Assembly (NCBI GenBank): GCA_003427395.1
Contig: BFEA01000018.1
Coordinates: 1,832,956 to 1,882,058 of the forward strand
Direction of reading: 5' to 3'
DNA length: 49,103 bases
Source of the DNA: Chara braunii
Lineage: Eukaryota; Plantae; Charophyceae
Shown piece by piece: positions 39,008 to 49,103 of this stretch. The notes under the pieces were generated by a model that worked only from the letters and a program-made list of their open reading frames with translations, was not told where the DNA came from and made no database searches. Made by a program: the position numbers and the translations under genes. Every line of letters starts with the position of its first letter. Position 1 is the stretch's first letter.

Positions 39008-39280
39008 ACTGCCAGTACATGGCCGCAGCCTTGCTGAAAAAGGAACTCGTCACCTGCAAAAATTTGGCGGTGCGTAGTGAGGTACCTGCAGCAGGCCCGG
39101 GCGTACTGGCGGTTTAAACCACTGGTACGTTCCCCGCTTGAAAATTAATTCCACGCCAGGTTACGCGGAAGCCAAGCGGGATCGGGCCGCGGGTGATAAG
39201 TTTCACTGGTGGGCCGTTTTCTGTCTCGGGGCCTTTTTTTTTTCTGCCTACGGGCGATATATGGGAAAGGTACTCGTGGT
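39008..39280. mobile_element. Two abutting TTAA-family MITEs (39008-39113 and 39118-39280) sharing the TTAA at 39114-39117
   Basis: ACTGCCAGTAC...GTACTGGCGGT|TTAA|ACCACTGGTAC...GTACTCGTGGT|ttga; the first resembles the reverse complement of 39880-40025. Confidence 0.7.
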
Positions 39281-39879
39281 TTGAGCACGAGTTTGCTGCT
39301 TATGGAGGAAGGTGAATGTATTGCAAGACAGGTTAGTCGCGGCTAGGCGGGGAAATATTAACTGTAGATTAAGATCAGTTGGACAGATTTAGGAATCATA
39401 CAGAATATGATGGATGCTTCACTTTCATACAGCTGATTAGAGCGACAATTTCTTCGGTCTTCTAGCTGATGGAAGTTGCCCTTGCCCGAGGGAGTAGAGT
39501 ACGCGGCATAGTTTGGCCATCCTACAACCCTCATCGACATTCGCGATGAGGTAGAGCATAAGGCCCTCTCATCTGTGCCAGCTAAACGGGTAGTGGGTGC
39601 AATTGTTTTGTGTTTGTTTTTTCCATTTTTCAAACATGGGGTAGCCCTTTTCTTTATTTGTGGTCATCTGATTTTCATCAGGATTCAGACTCTTTTGTTT
39701 ACAAAAAGATAGATGTCTTGTAAAAAAAAAAAAAAAAAAAAATGTTTGATGTCGGTACCGTTCGGGCATAAGGTTTGGGTCTACAGTTCTATCCCGACCT
39801 TGTGCCATGTAGAATCTATTCCATGTCGATGGGACTCTTCTGTTCATCTTGTTTGAAGTTGGACGGAAATTGCACTTAA

Positions 39880-40025
39880 ACCACCAGTAGATTAAGCTAT
39901 CGGCCGCGGGCCCTTTTTCGGAGGCCGCCTGCCGCGGATTCAAGTCGTCTACGGCGGTAGGCGTCCAAAATTTTCGCAGGCGACGAGTCTTCTTTTCAGC
40001 TAGGCTGGGGCCGTGTACTGGCGGT
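39880..40025. mobile_element. TTAA-flanked MITE, same TIR family
   Basis: TTAA|ACCACCAGTA ... TACTGGCGGT|TTAA. Confidence 0.8.
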
Positions 40026-40947
40026 TTAAGTCACACAGGATGATTAGGACTTGTGGCAAACTGGACCTGGTTTCCAGCAGGTGCGGCTACCCAGCCGGTT
40101 TCACCTATGGTGATGGGGGTGCCTTCGAGCCTTTTTTCCAGCAGGTGCTGCTACCCATGAATAGGAAGGCACCTTGCTTGCTTAAAACCACTAGTACTTG
40201 GCCCAGACATTTTCGTCCAACGTGGTAGTTAATGCACCACAAGTTTGGGGTTTGGCTATGGGAGAAAACTGCGTGGCGGCGCCAGCCAAAAGAAGGCCCC
40301 TCCAGGTTTGTTTTTCCTTTGGCGCGCAGAGTGTCTTAGTCTCGTCAAGGAAAGGGTTGAAAGTACCGGAGGGGTTTGAAAAAGATAGGAGCAGGGCTTG
40401 TGGCCAGCTTTTCTGTGCTTTCCCGTTGGCATATTCACACTGCAAGTCGTATATTGAACATGCTGTCGAACCTGCGCGTGTGCGACGCCCTACACATTTC
40501 TTTTTGGAATGAGATCGCTCGACCCTCACAGTGACAGTCACCTCGAGTAATCTGTTGTTAGGGGCTCGTCCACAAGAGCTAATGTCCATATCTACTCCTG
40601 GCTGCTCTCAAGAGGAGTGTTCTTCTTCATGCACCACTTCATTTTTTACACTGCCTTGCCCTCAGTATACAAGGCACAGCATCGGCCGCAAGTTGTGGTA
40701 TAGCAGTGATAGGAGGTCACTCACTGTCACCATAGTAGTTTTGCATCTTCTTCTTTGTGGCAATGTCTCGAATAAGCAGTATGGTGAAGCATACATCTCT
40801 ATTTGATGTTTAGCTTGGTGTTCCTGGCGGTGCCTATTCTTATACCAAAGAGGAACCATCCCTTGGAGTAAGCAAACGTTCCGTGCTGCTGTTCATCTCA
40901 CTTACATCAATCACTGGAAGCTGACAGTTGTCATACTCATACAAGCA

Positions 40948-41063
40948 GCACTGGAAGATATAGGGGAGTATACACTCAGTGAAGTAAACACTGGAAGATA
41001 ACACTGGAAGATATAGGGGAGTATACACTCAGTGAAGTAAACACTGGAAGATATAGGGGAGTA
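40948..41063. repeat. Tandem repeat of acactggaagatataggggagtatacactcagtgaagtaa
   Basis: About 2.5 copies plus a partial 12-bp unit. Confidence 0.85.
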
Positions 41064-41994
41064 ACTACAGGGTTTGTTAACCTGCGAGGAGGAACTACTG
41101 GGTTCATTAACCTGCGGTTAACAACTGGACCTGGTTAGACCACGAGTAGTCGAGAAGCTGTGTGCTGTCCGAGAGGGGTGTTTGTTAAGCTCCTAAATTT
41201 TGCCGTATGCTCCACACGAGTCATCCCTCAGCTTAAAGATTTGATGGACCTCCTCAGTTCCTCCTGGTTTCAGGTGTCGTCATGTGACGAAGTCGAACCC
41301 ACCAGTCTCATTAGTGGTTCAGCTAAAAGGCTTCTGCTCTTAACCTATTGGTTATCTCAGCTTGACGTATGCTGCAAACTCAAAAAGCTTTTTGGGGTCT
41401 GCGCGTGTATGTGCTCTGGAAGTCCAGTTCAGATGCCTTTTTGATGCGATTAGGCTGATTTTGATCCGCGTCTTTGGTTACCGTAGAAATCAAATGCGTT
41501 AGTTTCTGCTGTGACTAGTTTGGTTGAATCGATTATGATCCCGTCTTGGCTTGGCGGTTAAAGTTCCGCAAGTTTCTTCACTTCGTAGGGGCGACGATTC
41601 ACTGCCTTGAGTGTGGTAATCATGGTCATCGGAAATGTTTGCTCAACCGCCAGCATAGGGGAATCATTTTCTGTGTGTGTCAAAACTGACCATTTGGTCC
41701 CCAGCTGTGAGTCTGTTTATGTTGCAATCCGACAGAAGGTTGTCTTCATCAAGATTGTCATAGTTCATGTGTGATGGACAGTTAGTTTTTGTGATGTGAT
41801 ACATTGCTTATATTAATATATTGTAGTATTCGACTCTGTCTCGCTTTAGTGGCTTTGTTTGTTAGAAACGTATAAAATGGGATGCAAAATAGCCGGCTTG
41901 GGATGTTGTCGGAGTTCTGTGTCCAGCAGGTTTCATCTTATGTGTGTTGTCCGTTCCGCAGTCCATTGGCAGAGAAAGACACTGAAGGCTGGTC

Positions 41995-42195
41995 AGCAGC
42001 TATAGTCGATGTTGCTGAGTTTGTATCGGCGCCTTGTGCTCAGCCCCAGTGTCATTTCACTTTTCCCTTTGGCTTCTCTGCCATAGCGGTCGATGTTGCC
42101 GAGTTTGTATCGGCTCTTTGTGCTCTCTGCATCAGTGTCATTTCCCTTTTCTCTTTGGCGTCGCTGCTGTAGCGGTGGATGTTGCTGAGGTTGTG
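41995..42195. repeat. About 85-bp degenerate tandem repeat, 2.5 copies
   Basis: gatgttgc.gagtttgtatcggc...cagtgtcatttc. Confidence 0.75.
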
Positions 42196-42238
42196 TCATC
42201 CATCACCCTAGGCATTTGGTTTAGGGTATCTTTCTTTC

Positions 42239-42269
<31 letters not shown>

Positions 42270-42375
42270 TTAGGGTATGAAGGAGCAGGAGACTGAGAAA
42301 AACAGACCTCGTTGTGAGTTTTATATCCTATCTCGTTCGACTCTGCTTAGTGTTTTAGCTGCCCTTCCTGTGCCA

Positions 42376-42480
42376 CCGTCTTAACCCGAATAGGACGTAT
42401 GTTCATTACAGCTGGATTTGGGGCAACTTAAAGTCTAGATACGTAGAAAATCACCCGTAAGTTGTATTCAGGTGAAGGAG
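42376..42480. mobile_element. Degenerate MITE family A copy (partial copies also near 45076-45108 and 262-340)
   Basis: ccgtcttaacccgaataggacg ... gttgtattcaggtgaag. Confidence 0.6.
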
Positions 42481-42549
42481 GAGTTCCTTCATTGCTCTCC
42501 GAGTGTAGGTTCATGTATTCCTATGCTATGTGCTGTGTTCTTCCGCCTC

Positions 42550-42850
42550 TGAACTCCAGTACTAGCCGGTACTATCTGACTGAACTAACTCCAGTACTAT
42601 CCGGTACTATCTGAATGCACTGTAGCAGTACTATGTGATTGAACTAACTCCAGTACTATTCAGCAGTACTATGCAGTAGGGTCTGGTTGAAGTCCAGCAG
42701 TACTATCTGATTGAAGTCCAGCAGTACTATAGGATTGAGCTAGCTGAAGTCCAGCAGTACTATCAGATAGAACTAATTCCAGTACTATCCAGTCCTATCT
42801 GATTGAGCTGAAGTACTACTGGTGATTTAACTCAACTCCAATCAGATCGA
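42550..42850. repeat. Degenerate minisatellite built on CAGTACTAT
   Basis: About 10 (a/g)gtacta cores with gaactaactcc or gaagtccag spacers. Confidence 0.8.
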
Positions 42851-44509
42851 ACTCCATTTAACTCACATCTTGCATACAGATGTGAATTTCACCTTCTTCT
42901 GCTTTTTGGTTCAGCATTTCGAGGTGGAGAGAGGGGCAACCGAAGAAAACGGGCTGGCAGCAATGATCACATCGCTCGGTTATGCATAATTACTCAAGTA
43001 CTCTGTGATTGGACCGCGTTATCATATGTGTGGCTCTACTATCAGCTTTGAAACAAGGCTGAATATCTGATCCTACCGGGGCCCCCTACCCCCACCGGAA
43101 CCAGGCCGGTCGTACCGGTCGGTGGACCACACCGGTTCCTTCCTGGTTCCCCTTTGCGCATTTCGATCGTGCGGGGGTTTCAATTTTTTGGGGGGCCGGG
43201 AGGCCTCCATGCGGGTCGTGGAGGCCTCCCGACCCCAAAAAAATTAACAGGGTCCGGTAGGCCCGCCACAATATTGAAGAACTGGCAGTCTATCTGGGCC
43301 GTCGATCTGGTGAGATCTGTGGCCCACGATAGGCCGCCCATTTTTTAACATTCGGGTGGGAAACCACCGGGACATCGTCCAGCCATCCCAACGTTCCCCA
43401 GGCACCGCCCCTGCCTCCCGCTGCTTTCGAGCAGCACAACCCGTCACTTCGTTCGAAGTGAACGAGGTCGCTGCTTTGGAGACTGCATCGCCCGCCCCAC
43501 GTCCGCCCCGGCCTCGGAATCGCCATCACCCCGCCCCGCTCCGCCCCGCCGTCCATCGGTAAGAGTAGGTCTTCCTCTTGTTCCTCTGTTTCTTCTCTTC
43601 TTACTATCTTCTTCTTCTTCTTCTTCTTCTTCTTCTTCTTCTTCTTCTTCTTTTCTTCTTCTTCTATTTCTTCTTCTTCTTCTTCTTCTTCTTCTTCTTC
43701 TTTTCTTCTTCTTGTATTTCTTCTTCTTCTTCTTTTTCTTCTTCNNNNNNNNNNNNNNNNNNNNNNNNNNNNNNNNNNNNNNNNNNNNNNNNNNNNNNNN
43801 NNNNNNNNNNNNNNNNNNNNNNNNNNNNNNNNNNNNNNNNNNNNNNNNNNNNNNNNNNNNNNNNNNNNNNNNNNNNNNNNNNNNNNNNNNNNNNNNNNNN
43901 NNNNNNNNNNNNNNNNNNNNNNNNNNNNNNNNNNNNNNNNNNNNNNNNNNNNNNNNNNNNNNNNNNNNNNNNNNNNNNNNNNNNNNNNNNNNNNNNNNNN
44001 NNNNNNNNNNNNNNNNNNNNNNNNNNNNNNNNNNNNNNNNNNNNNNNNNNNNNNNNNNNNNNNNNNNNNNNNNNNNNNNNNNNNNNNNNNNNNNNNNNNN
44101 NNNNNNNNNNNNNNNNNNNNNNNNNNNNNNNNNNNNNNNNNNNNNNNNNNNNNNNNNNNNNNNNNNNNNNNNNNNNNNNNNNNNNNNNNNNNNNNNNNNN
44201 NNNNNNNNNNNNNNNNNNNNNNNNATTCTGGGGAGCGACAGTCTGGTTGCTATTCCCCCCGGCGAGCCGTTGTACAGTGATGACTCATGCAGGCTCCTTC
44301 CCATTATGGCTGTGAGAGGCGAACTCCCGTCATACGTCCAGTTGCAAACTCCCAACTTGTGTTTTTTTTTTTTTTTCATTCATTTGGTTGAGGTCGAGAG
44401 AGGCACAGCTGACGACTCGCTCTCTAGGATAATCACATTCCTTGAAGCACAGTAATGAAGCCCATGTGGACTTAGTGTGAATGGCAATAACGTCAAGAAT
44501 AACTATAAT

Positions 44510-44566
44510 ATACCTTTGTCAGCCTTTGTGCTAACATCAAGTGTAGTATCTGTTCTGATCAGTTAA
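44510..44566 (+). pseudogene. U2: U2 snRNA 5' fragment (3'-truncated pseudogene)
   Basis: atacctttgtcagcctttgtgctaacatcaagtgtagtatctgttctgatcagttaa matches the plant U2 5' end (ATACCTTTCTCGGCCTTTTGGCTAAGATCAAGTGTAGTATCTGTTCTTATCAGTTTAA, from memory) with about 6 substitutions and 1 gap, including the GTAGTA branch-pairing sequence; followed by an A-run, and the 3' part is absent. Confidence 0.85.
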
Positions 44567-44579
44567 AAAAAGAGATTAA

Positions 44580-44783
44580 ACCACTAGTACCTTTGCCGCG
44601 TGGGAAAATAGCGGGCCTCGTTTGGTCCTCTGACTTTTTTCGGAGGCTGAAAAGAATTGACGACCGCCGATCAGATTTATCAATGGCAGTCGTCGTCGGG
44701 CCGGACCTCCGAATCTTTAGGAGTTTGGGAAAACTGTCACCTTTTTTCCCTATTTTCCCAACACTGGCGGAGGTACTAGTGGT
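44580..44783. mobile_element. TTAA-flanked MITE, same TIR family
   Basis: TTAA|ACCACTAGTACCT ... AGGTACTAGTGGT|TTAA. Confidence 0.85.
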
Positions 44784-45124
44784 TTAATAACAAAAGTTAT
44801 AAAATATTGAAAATAATAATAATAACCATAACAGGACATCGTCCTTCGGGACATTGGTTAAAGTTGGAAAGACACAGAGACCGAAGATTCGCATGGCCAC
44901 TTCACAAGAATGACAGGCATAAATCGAGAAATGGACCAAGTTCTTCAAAAAATTCAAAAAAAAATTAAAAAAAAAACAATAACAGGACCTCAGTACACCT
45001 GTGCACAGCCATAGAAATCCACATCGCTGTCTTTTTTTTTCCCCCTTTGACAACTTCCAGTCCAGATGCAGCAACAATGACCGGGCGTTCTATTCGGCTG
45101 ATGAGGGTATAGGGTAGTTATTAC

Positions 45125-45400
45125 CTTTGCCACCCAGCTGAACAGGAAAACAAGTTGGGTTCAGGGTTCCCCGATTTGTCACAAAAACCTAAAGCTTCCA
45201 GTCGGTGAATCACTTTCCGCATATCAACGAGTAAAGTGACGTGACCTGCTGGTTGAACCGAATAATTGGAGATACCACAAGCGAATACCATATAACCGAA
45301 TTGGCTACAGGTAGAATAAGCAATAACCCTACCATCGGATGATCATAGGAATTGTTTATTAAGTTTTTATAATTTTTGCTCAGCTATTCCTTAGTCGAGG
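45125..45400 (-). pseudogene. Possible spliced relic of a pogo/Tc5 (CENP-B-type HTH) transposase
   Basis: Open exon 45245-45125 bounded by AG/GT: (G)[40 protein letters not shown]; phase-compatible 87-nt GT-AG intron 45332-45246; the upstream part has stops. Confidence 0.3.
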
Positions 45401-45635
45401 ATGTGTTGCGCTCACTCCTGAGGCTGCCCACTTACAAAGGAGCATCTGATCATAGGATTTAACTGAGCATCTTTCAGTTCTCAGAGTCAGCTCTTAGGAC
45501 TTTTTTATTAAGTGCCATACAAGACAGGGGAACATGGCGTTGTTGCCGATTGGGCAGTCAGCGAGCTGTATGCAGAGCTATCTGAGATAAACAGATAAGC
45601 AGAGAAACAAGGTCAAGGTGCAAACAGCTCCTTAA

Positions 45636-46187
45636 ACTACCAGTACCTCCGAGCCTATTGTCGACAAGTACTGGTCTACCTGCGAACTTTCAGGAGGCCG
45701 AGCCCGCCGTTGATAAATCTGATCGGCGCCCGTCGTTCTGTTTCGGCCTCCTGATAAATCTGGGCGGAGGCCGAGTATTTTCGAACCGACAAGGAATCCC
45801 TTCTGTGGTCAGTATTATTACGGCGGCCGTCGTTTCGTTTCAGCCTCCTGAAAGGTCGGAAGCCGAGTATTTTCGAACCGACAAAGAATCCCTTCTGTGG
45901 TCAGTATTATTACGGCGGCCGTCGTTTCGTTTCGGCCTCCTGAAAGGTCAGAGGCCGAGTATTTTCGAACCGACAAAGAATCCCTTCTGTGGTCAGTAGT
46001 ATTACGGCGGCCGTCATATCGTTTCGGCCTCCTGAAAGGTCGGAGGCCGAGTATTTTCGAACCGACAAAGAATCCCTTCTGTGGTCAGTATTACTACGGC
46101 GGCCGTCGTTTCGTTTCGGCCTCCTGAAAGGTCGGAGGACGAGTATTTTCGAACCGACAAAGAATCCCTTCTGTGGTCAGTATTATT
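45636..46187. repeat. TTAA-family element end followed by about 4.6 tandem copies of a 92-bp unit
   Basis: TTAA|ACTACCAGTACCTCC at 45636; units start at 45767, 45859, 45951, 46043 and 46135 and are near-identical. Confidence 0.9.
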
Positions 46188-47899
46188 AGGGCTGAGTGAT
46201 AACTGATTGAACTTAGAAACAAGAAGAGTTGCACATGCAGAGAAAGAAAAAAGGAAAAAATAAAAAAGGGCACAGATCAAACCGGTCCGTATTTGCAGGG
46301 GCTGACTGAAAATTGAACAGGCAGACAAACAGAGGTTGAGCATGTGCAATCGAGGCACTGCACAAATCGGCCAAGTATTTTCTCGGCTGGCTGGGAATGG
46401 AACAGAGTCAAGAGACAAACAGAAGTCAAACCAGAACAGAAGGCAGAACACTTTGAAGGCAGATCATGTTTTTATTTCCCCCCCCCCTCCCCCCCCCGCC
46501 GTCCCCTACAGAGGGGAGAACCTACAATCTGCGTCTAGGGTAATTTTGAGAAAATTTCGAGAAAAGTTTGTTATAAGGAAAGCCGCCCTCTGGGAGGCAT
46601 AATTCGGGGCGATCTACATATATGTCAAAGGCATTAGCAAATTGGTTAATTGCTCTGCATACATACAATCTCTACAAGAGGGACCCTGTACCCTTACTTT
46701 GCTAAACCGGCATGAGAAACGGAGACAACGGATACCGTTCGGTCAGTCGGCTCTGTCATACGCGAGGTGGCTGAGGAATGGACAGACAGACAAATAAGGA
46801 AGGCGCATTTTGAAATCGGCAAATCGGACAAGTAGTGCATTTTGAAATCGGCAAATCGGACAAGTATTGTATTATTTATATACCTGGTGAAGCAAGCAAC
46901 CAGCAGACGAGGAGAAGCGAGCACGCACCATCCACGCAAACAAGAACACAAGACCGGTACAGCCATGCAGTTTAGATTGAACACCACAAGTACCTTCGAT
47001 GATTACAAGCCACAACAGTCAGGAGCAAACGGGGCACTACGGGAGCGCCCATACTCGTCCAGCTATAACAGCCACGCAGTTTAGTTAAGACCATCAGTAC
47101 CCCCGTTATGCAAGCAATCCACGACAACGAGGAACAAATAGGCGATTGCGGGAGTGCCCAAATTCATCAACTCTATTTTTTTTCCCACGGCCGATATATC
47201 GGGAAGATAGGGTTGGTTTGAGAGCTCTGAGTATTGCAGACAATATCTTCTCTTGAGGTTAATTTGAACACATGGTAGGTAGGCATGGACTATATTTTTT
47301 TTCCCGCGAGTGCTTCGACTATATTCTATGGGGCCCCATGGAAGGTAGGCATTTTTTTCCCGCGAGTGCTGTAAACTAAGTGTTTGCCTTGCCAAATCCT
47401 GGTCACTTAGTTTACAGCATGGTAGGTAGGCATTTTCCAGAACACCAAGGAGCTCTCGAAAAAAAAAAAAAAAAAAGAATAACAAGGAGCACCAAACTAC
47501 AGCTCTATGTGTAACAACACTAGTACATTTCTACACACCACACACACACACACACATACAAAAAAGAAAAAAAACAGCCCTACAATGCAGACAGATTAAA
47601 CATGTACCTCTAACCACACCCCATCAATCAAAGTGGCAAAGCTGGAGGCGCAGGGGAAGAGGAGGGGGAAGGGGAGGTGACGGATATGGAAGGGGAGGAA
47701 TGGTAGAGAGAGCAGTAGGTGAGAGGTGCCTGTCATGGTCTCCCCAGGAGGCAGCATATGCAGCACATGCAGAGCAGAACTTCTGCACAAAGTTATGGTA
47801 GAGGAGGAAATGTAGGGGAAGTGGTGGTTGGATGTGCCTGTGATGTTGTGCACAGGAGGCAGGACATGCGGAGCACGACTGGAAACAGCAGTACTGCGC

Positions 47900-48950
47900 G
47901 AGTGTTCATGCGTCATTTAGTATTAGGCACGAAGCAATGCAATCCCACGCCACACACTCCTGGATGACTCCTAACGGGGCAGTCTAACTTGGGACCTGGA
48001 TTTCAAATCCGACCTGCGCCAGGTAGCGGGGTGGTATTGTGGACCTGCCCTTTGCACGAGCACAGCACTTTCAGACCTGGTTCTGGTTCTGCACACAGAC
48101 ATGCAGTGGAGAGGAGTACAGCTCTCAGTCCGTCTTCCCGGAGACGGGCTGGACGTTCGGAGGGTTGGTTCTTGAAACAAACTGCTGCTCCAAATTGTCG
48201 ACCCGCAAGCTGACAGCTCATTGCTGGTTAAATCCAGATGAACATGGGCTCTACCCTCTCTGTCGCAACAGGGCTTGCAGACATCTTGCTATTTGCACGG
48301 GGATCTCAGACCTGGGCCTGTACTGTAACATGCATCAGACTTATTGCAGTTAGACTTGCTGGAGGCTTATTCGGAGGCTTGGTCATCAAGCAAACTGCAA
48401 TCGGGCTTGAAAGGCCGGAGCAGTCGTTAAGCATGGGGCCTGTGTACGGCCACCCGAGGGCGTCGGGTTGGGGTGACCTTTGTGCACATCACCAATAGCT
48501 TTAGGCGTTCGAATCTCGTCTCTCCTGTAATGTAGTTTATAAATCAAGCAAACCTCTGCTACCATCTGCATGTGGACAGTAGTTCTCCTCCGCCGGCTTG
48601 TGTCAGTTATAACTTATAAGAGGGTTGTCAGTCCGGGGACCTCAAGAGTACAGTTCTCCCGACTCGTCAGCATTGTAAGAGAGTCGTCCGTCTCGGGACC
48701 TCAAACAGACAGGAGCAGGAGACCCGTCCAACATCACAGAATACAACACCTATGGAAACTCGGAATGGAGTATTCACAAACAAACTCATTTTCAACTCAG
48801 ATCATCAGAAAATGATCCCCGATGTGGAACAATGTGAAAAGCATCTCTTGGACCTTCACCTCGTACACACACGTCCACAGTTCCTGTGCCTCCTGACGAG
48901 TTGGTGAAAGTAGGAGAACAGTCTGGCACAGTCATCCTGGTCTTGTGAAG
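47900..48950 (-). mobile_element. Possible degenerate retrotransposon integrase relic
   Basis: LDGSPAPVCLRSRDGRL and YCPHADG loosely resemble the integrase motifs LHG.P..I.SDRD.RF and YHPQTDG; very eroded. Confidence 0.25.
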
Positions 48951-49017
48951 TTTATAGCGATCATGAGAACACACCTTTTGCTCATCTGTCTGGGTGTCTC
49001 TCTCTCCCTCTCCCTCC

Positions 49018-49056
<39 letters not shown>

Positions 49057-49103
49057 ACGCAGACGCACAGACAGAGACACACACAAACACACACACACAC
49101 ACA

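Larger units (their letters stand above)
38600..41700 (-). mobile_element. Highly degenerate Ty3/gypsy-like pol relic interrupted by TTAA MITEs
   Basis: LCLVY..EEH (RT-like), ALLLSFSNPSGTF (RT/RNase H junction-like) and NKHKTIAP...TDER (integrase-like) in gypsy order; weak matches. Confidence 0.35.

Noticed and set aside
42960-43070. C/D-box snoRNA (ATGATCA...CTGA)
   Set aside because: Box C is imperfect, there is no terminal stem and no recognisable rRNA guide.
45767-46187. CRISPR-like array
   Set aside because: The 92-bp units repeat in full with no unique spacers, there are no cas genes, and the context is eukaryotic; it is a tandem repeat.
47165-47186. U2 Sm-site-like aactctatttttt as the missing U2 3' half
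   Set aside because: Flanks do not match U2 stem-loops; likely a chance T-run.

Overview
Eukaryotic DNA, most likely from a green plant (streptophyte) with long introns and many repeats; the species cannot be determined from the sequence. There are six assembly gaps (about 2486-2716, 9030-9845, 12098-12439, 28685-29097, 31065-31114, 43745-44224). The one well-supported intact gene is a + strand, 6-exon FPA / Spen-family (RBM15-like) RNA-binding protein: join(1926..2015,2980..3336,15531..15782,17319..17393,19658..21111,21595..24712), 5346 nt, about 1781 aa. It encodes three RRMs, a G/P/M/R-rich linker, a SPOC domain, a very long Q-rich tail and the FPA-type C-terminal motif. Its last intron contains a diverged duplicate of the real acceptor and exon start carrying an in-frame TGA, a candidate poison exon. 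The rest of the window is repeat-derived: a family of TTAA-flanked short-TIR non-autonomous DNA elements (one has spawned a 92-bp tandem array), two TA-flanked hairpin MITE families, an L1-like LINE relic plus two further copies of its 3' end, degenerate Ty3/gypsy-like pol relics, a 3'-truncated U2 snRNA pseudogene, a possible pogo/CENP-B HTH relic, and many microsatellites and local duplications. Most ORFs in the supplied track are spurious. All alignments and motif matches were made by eye; no searches were run.
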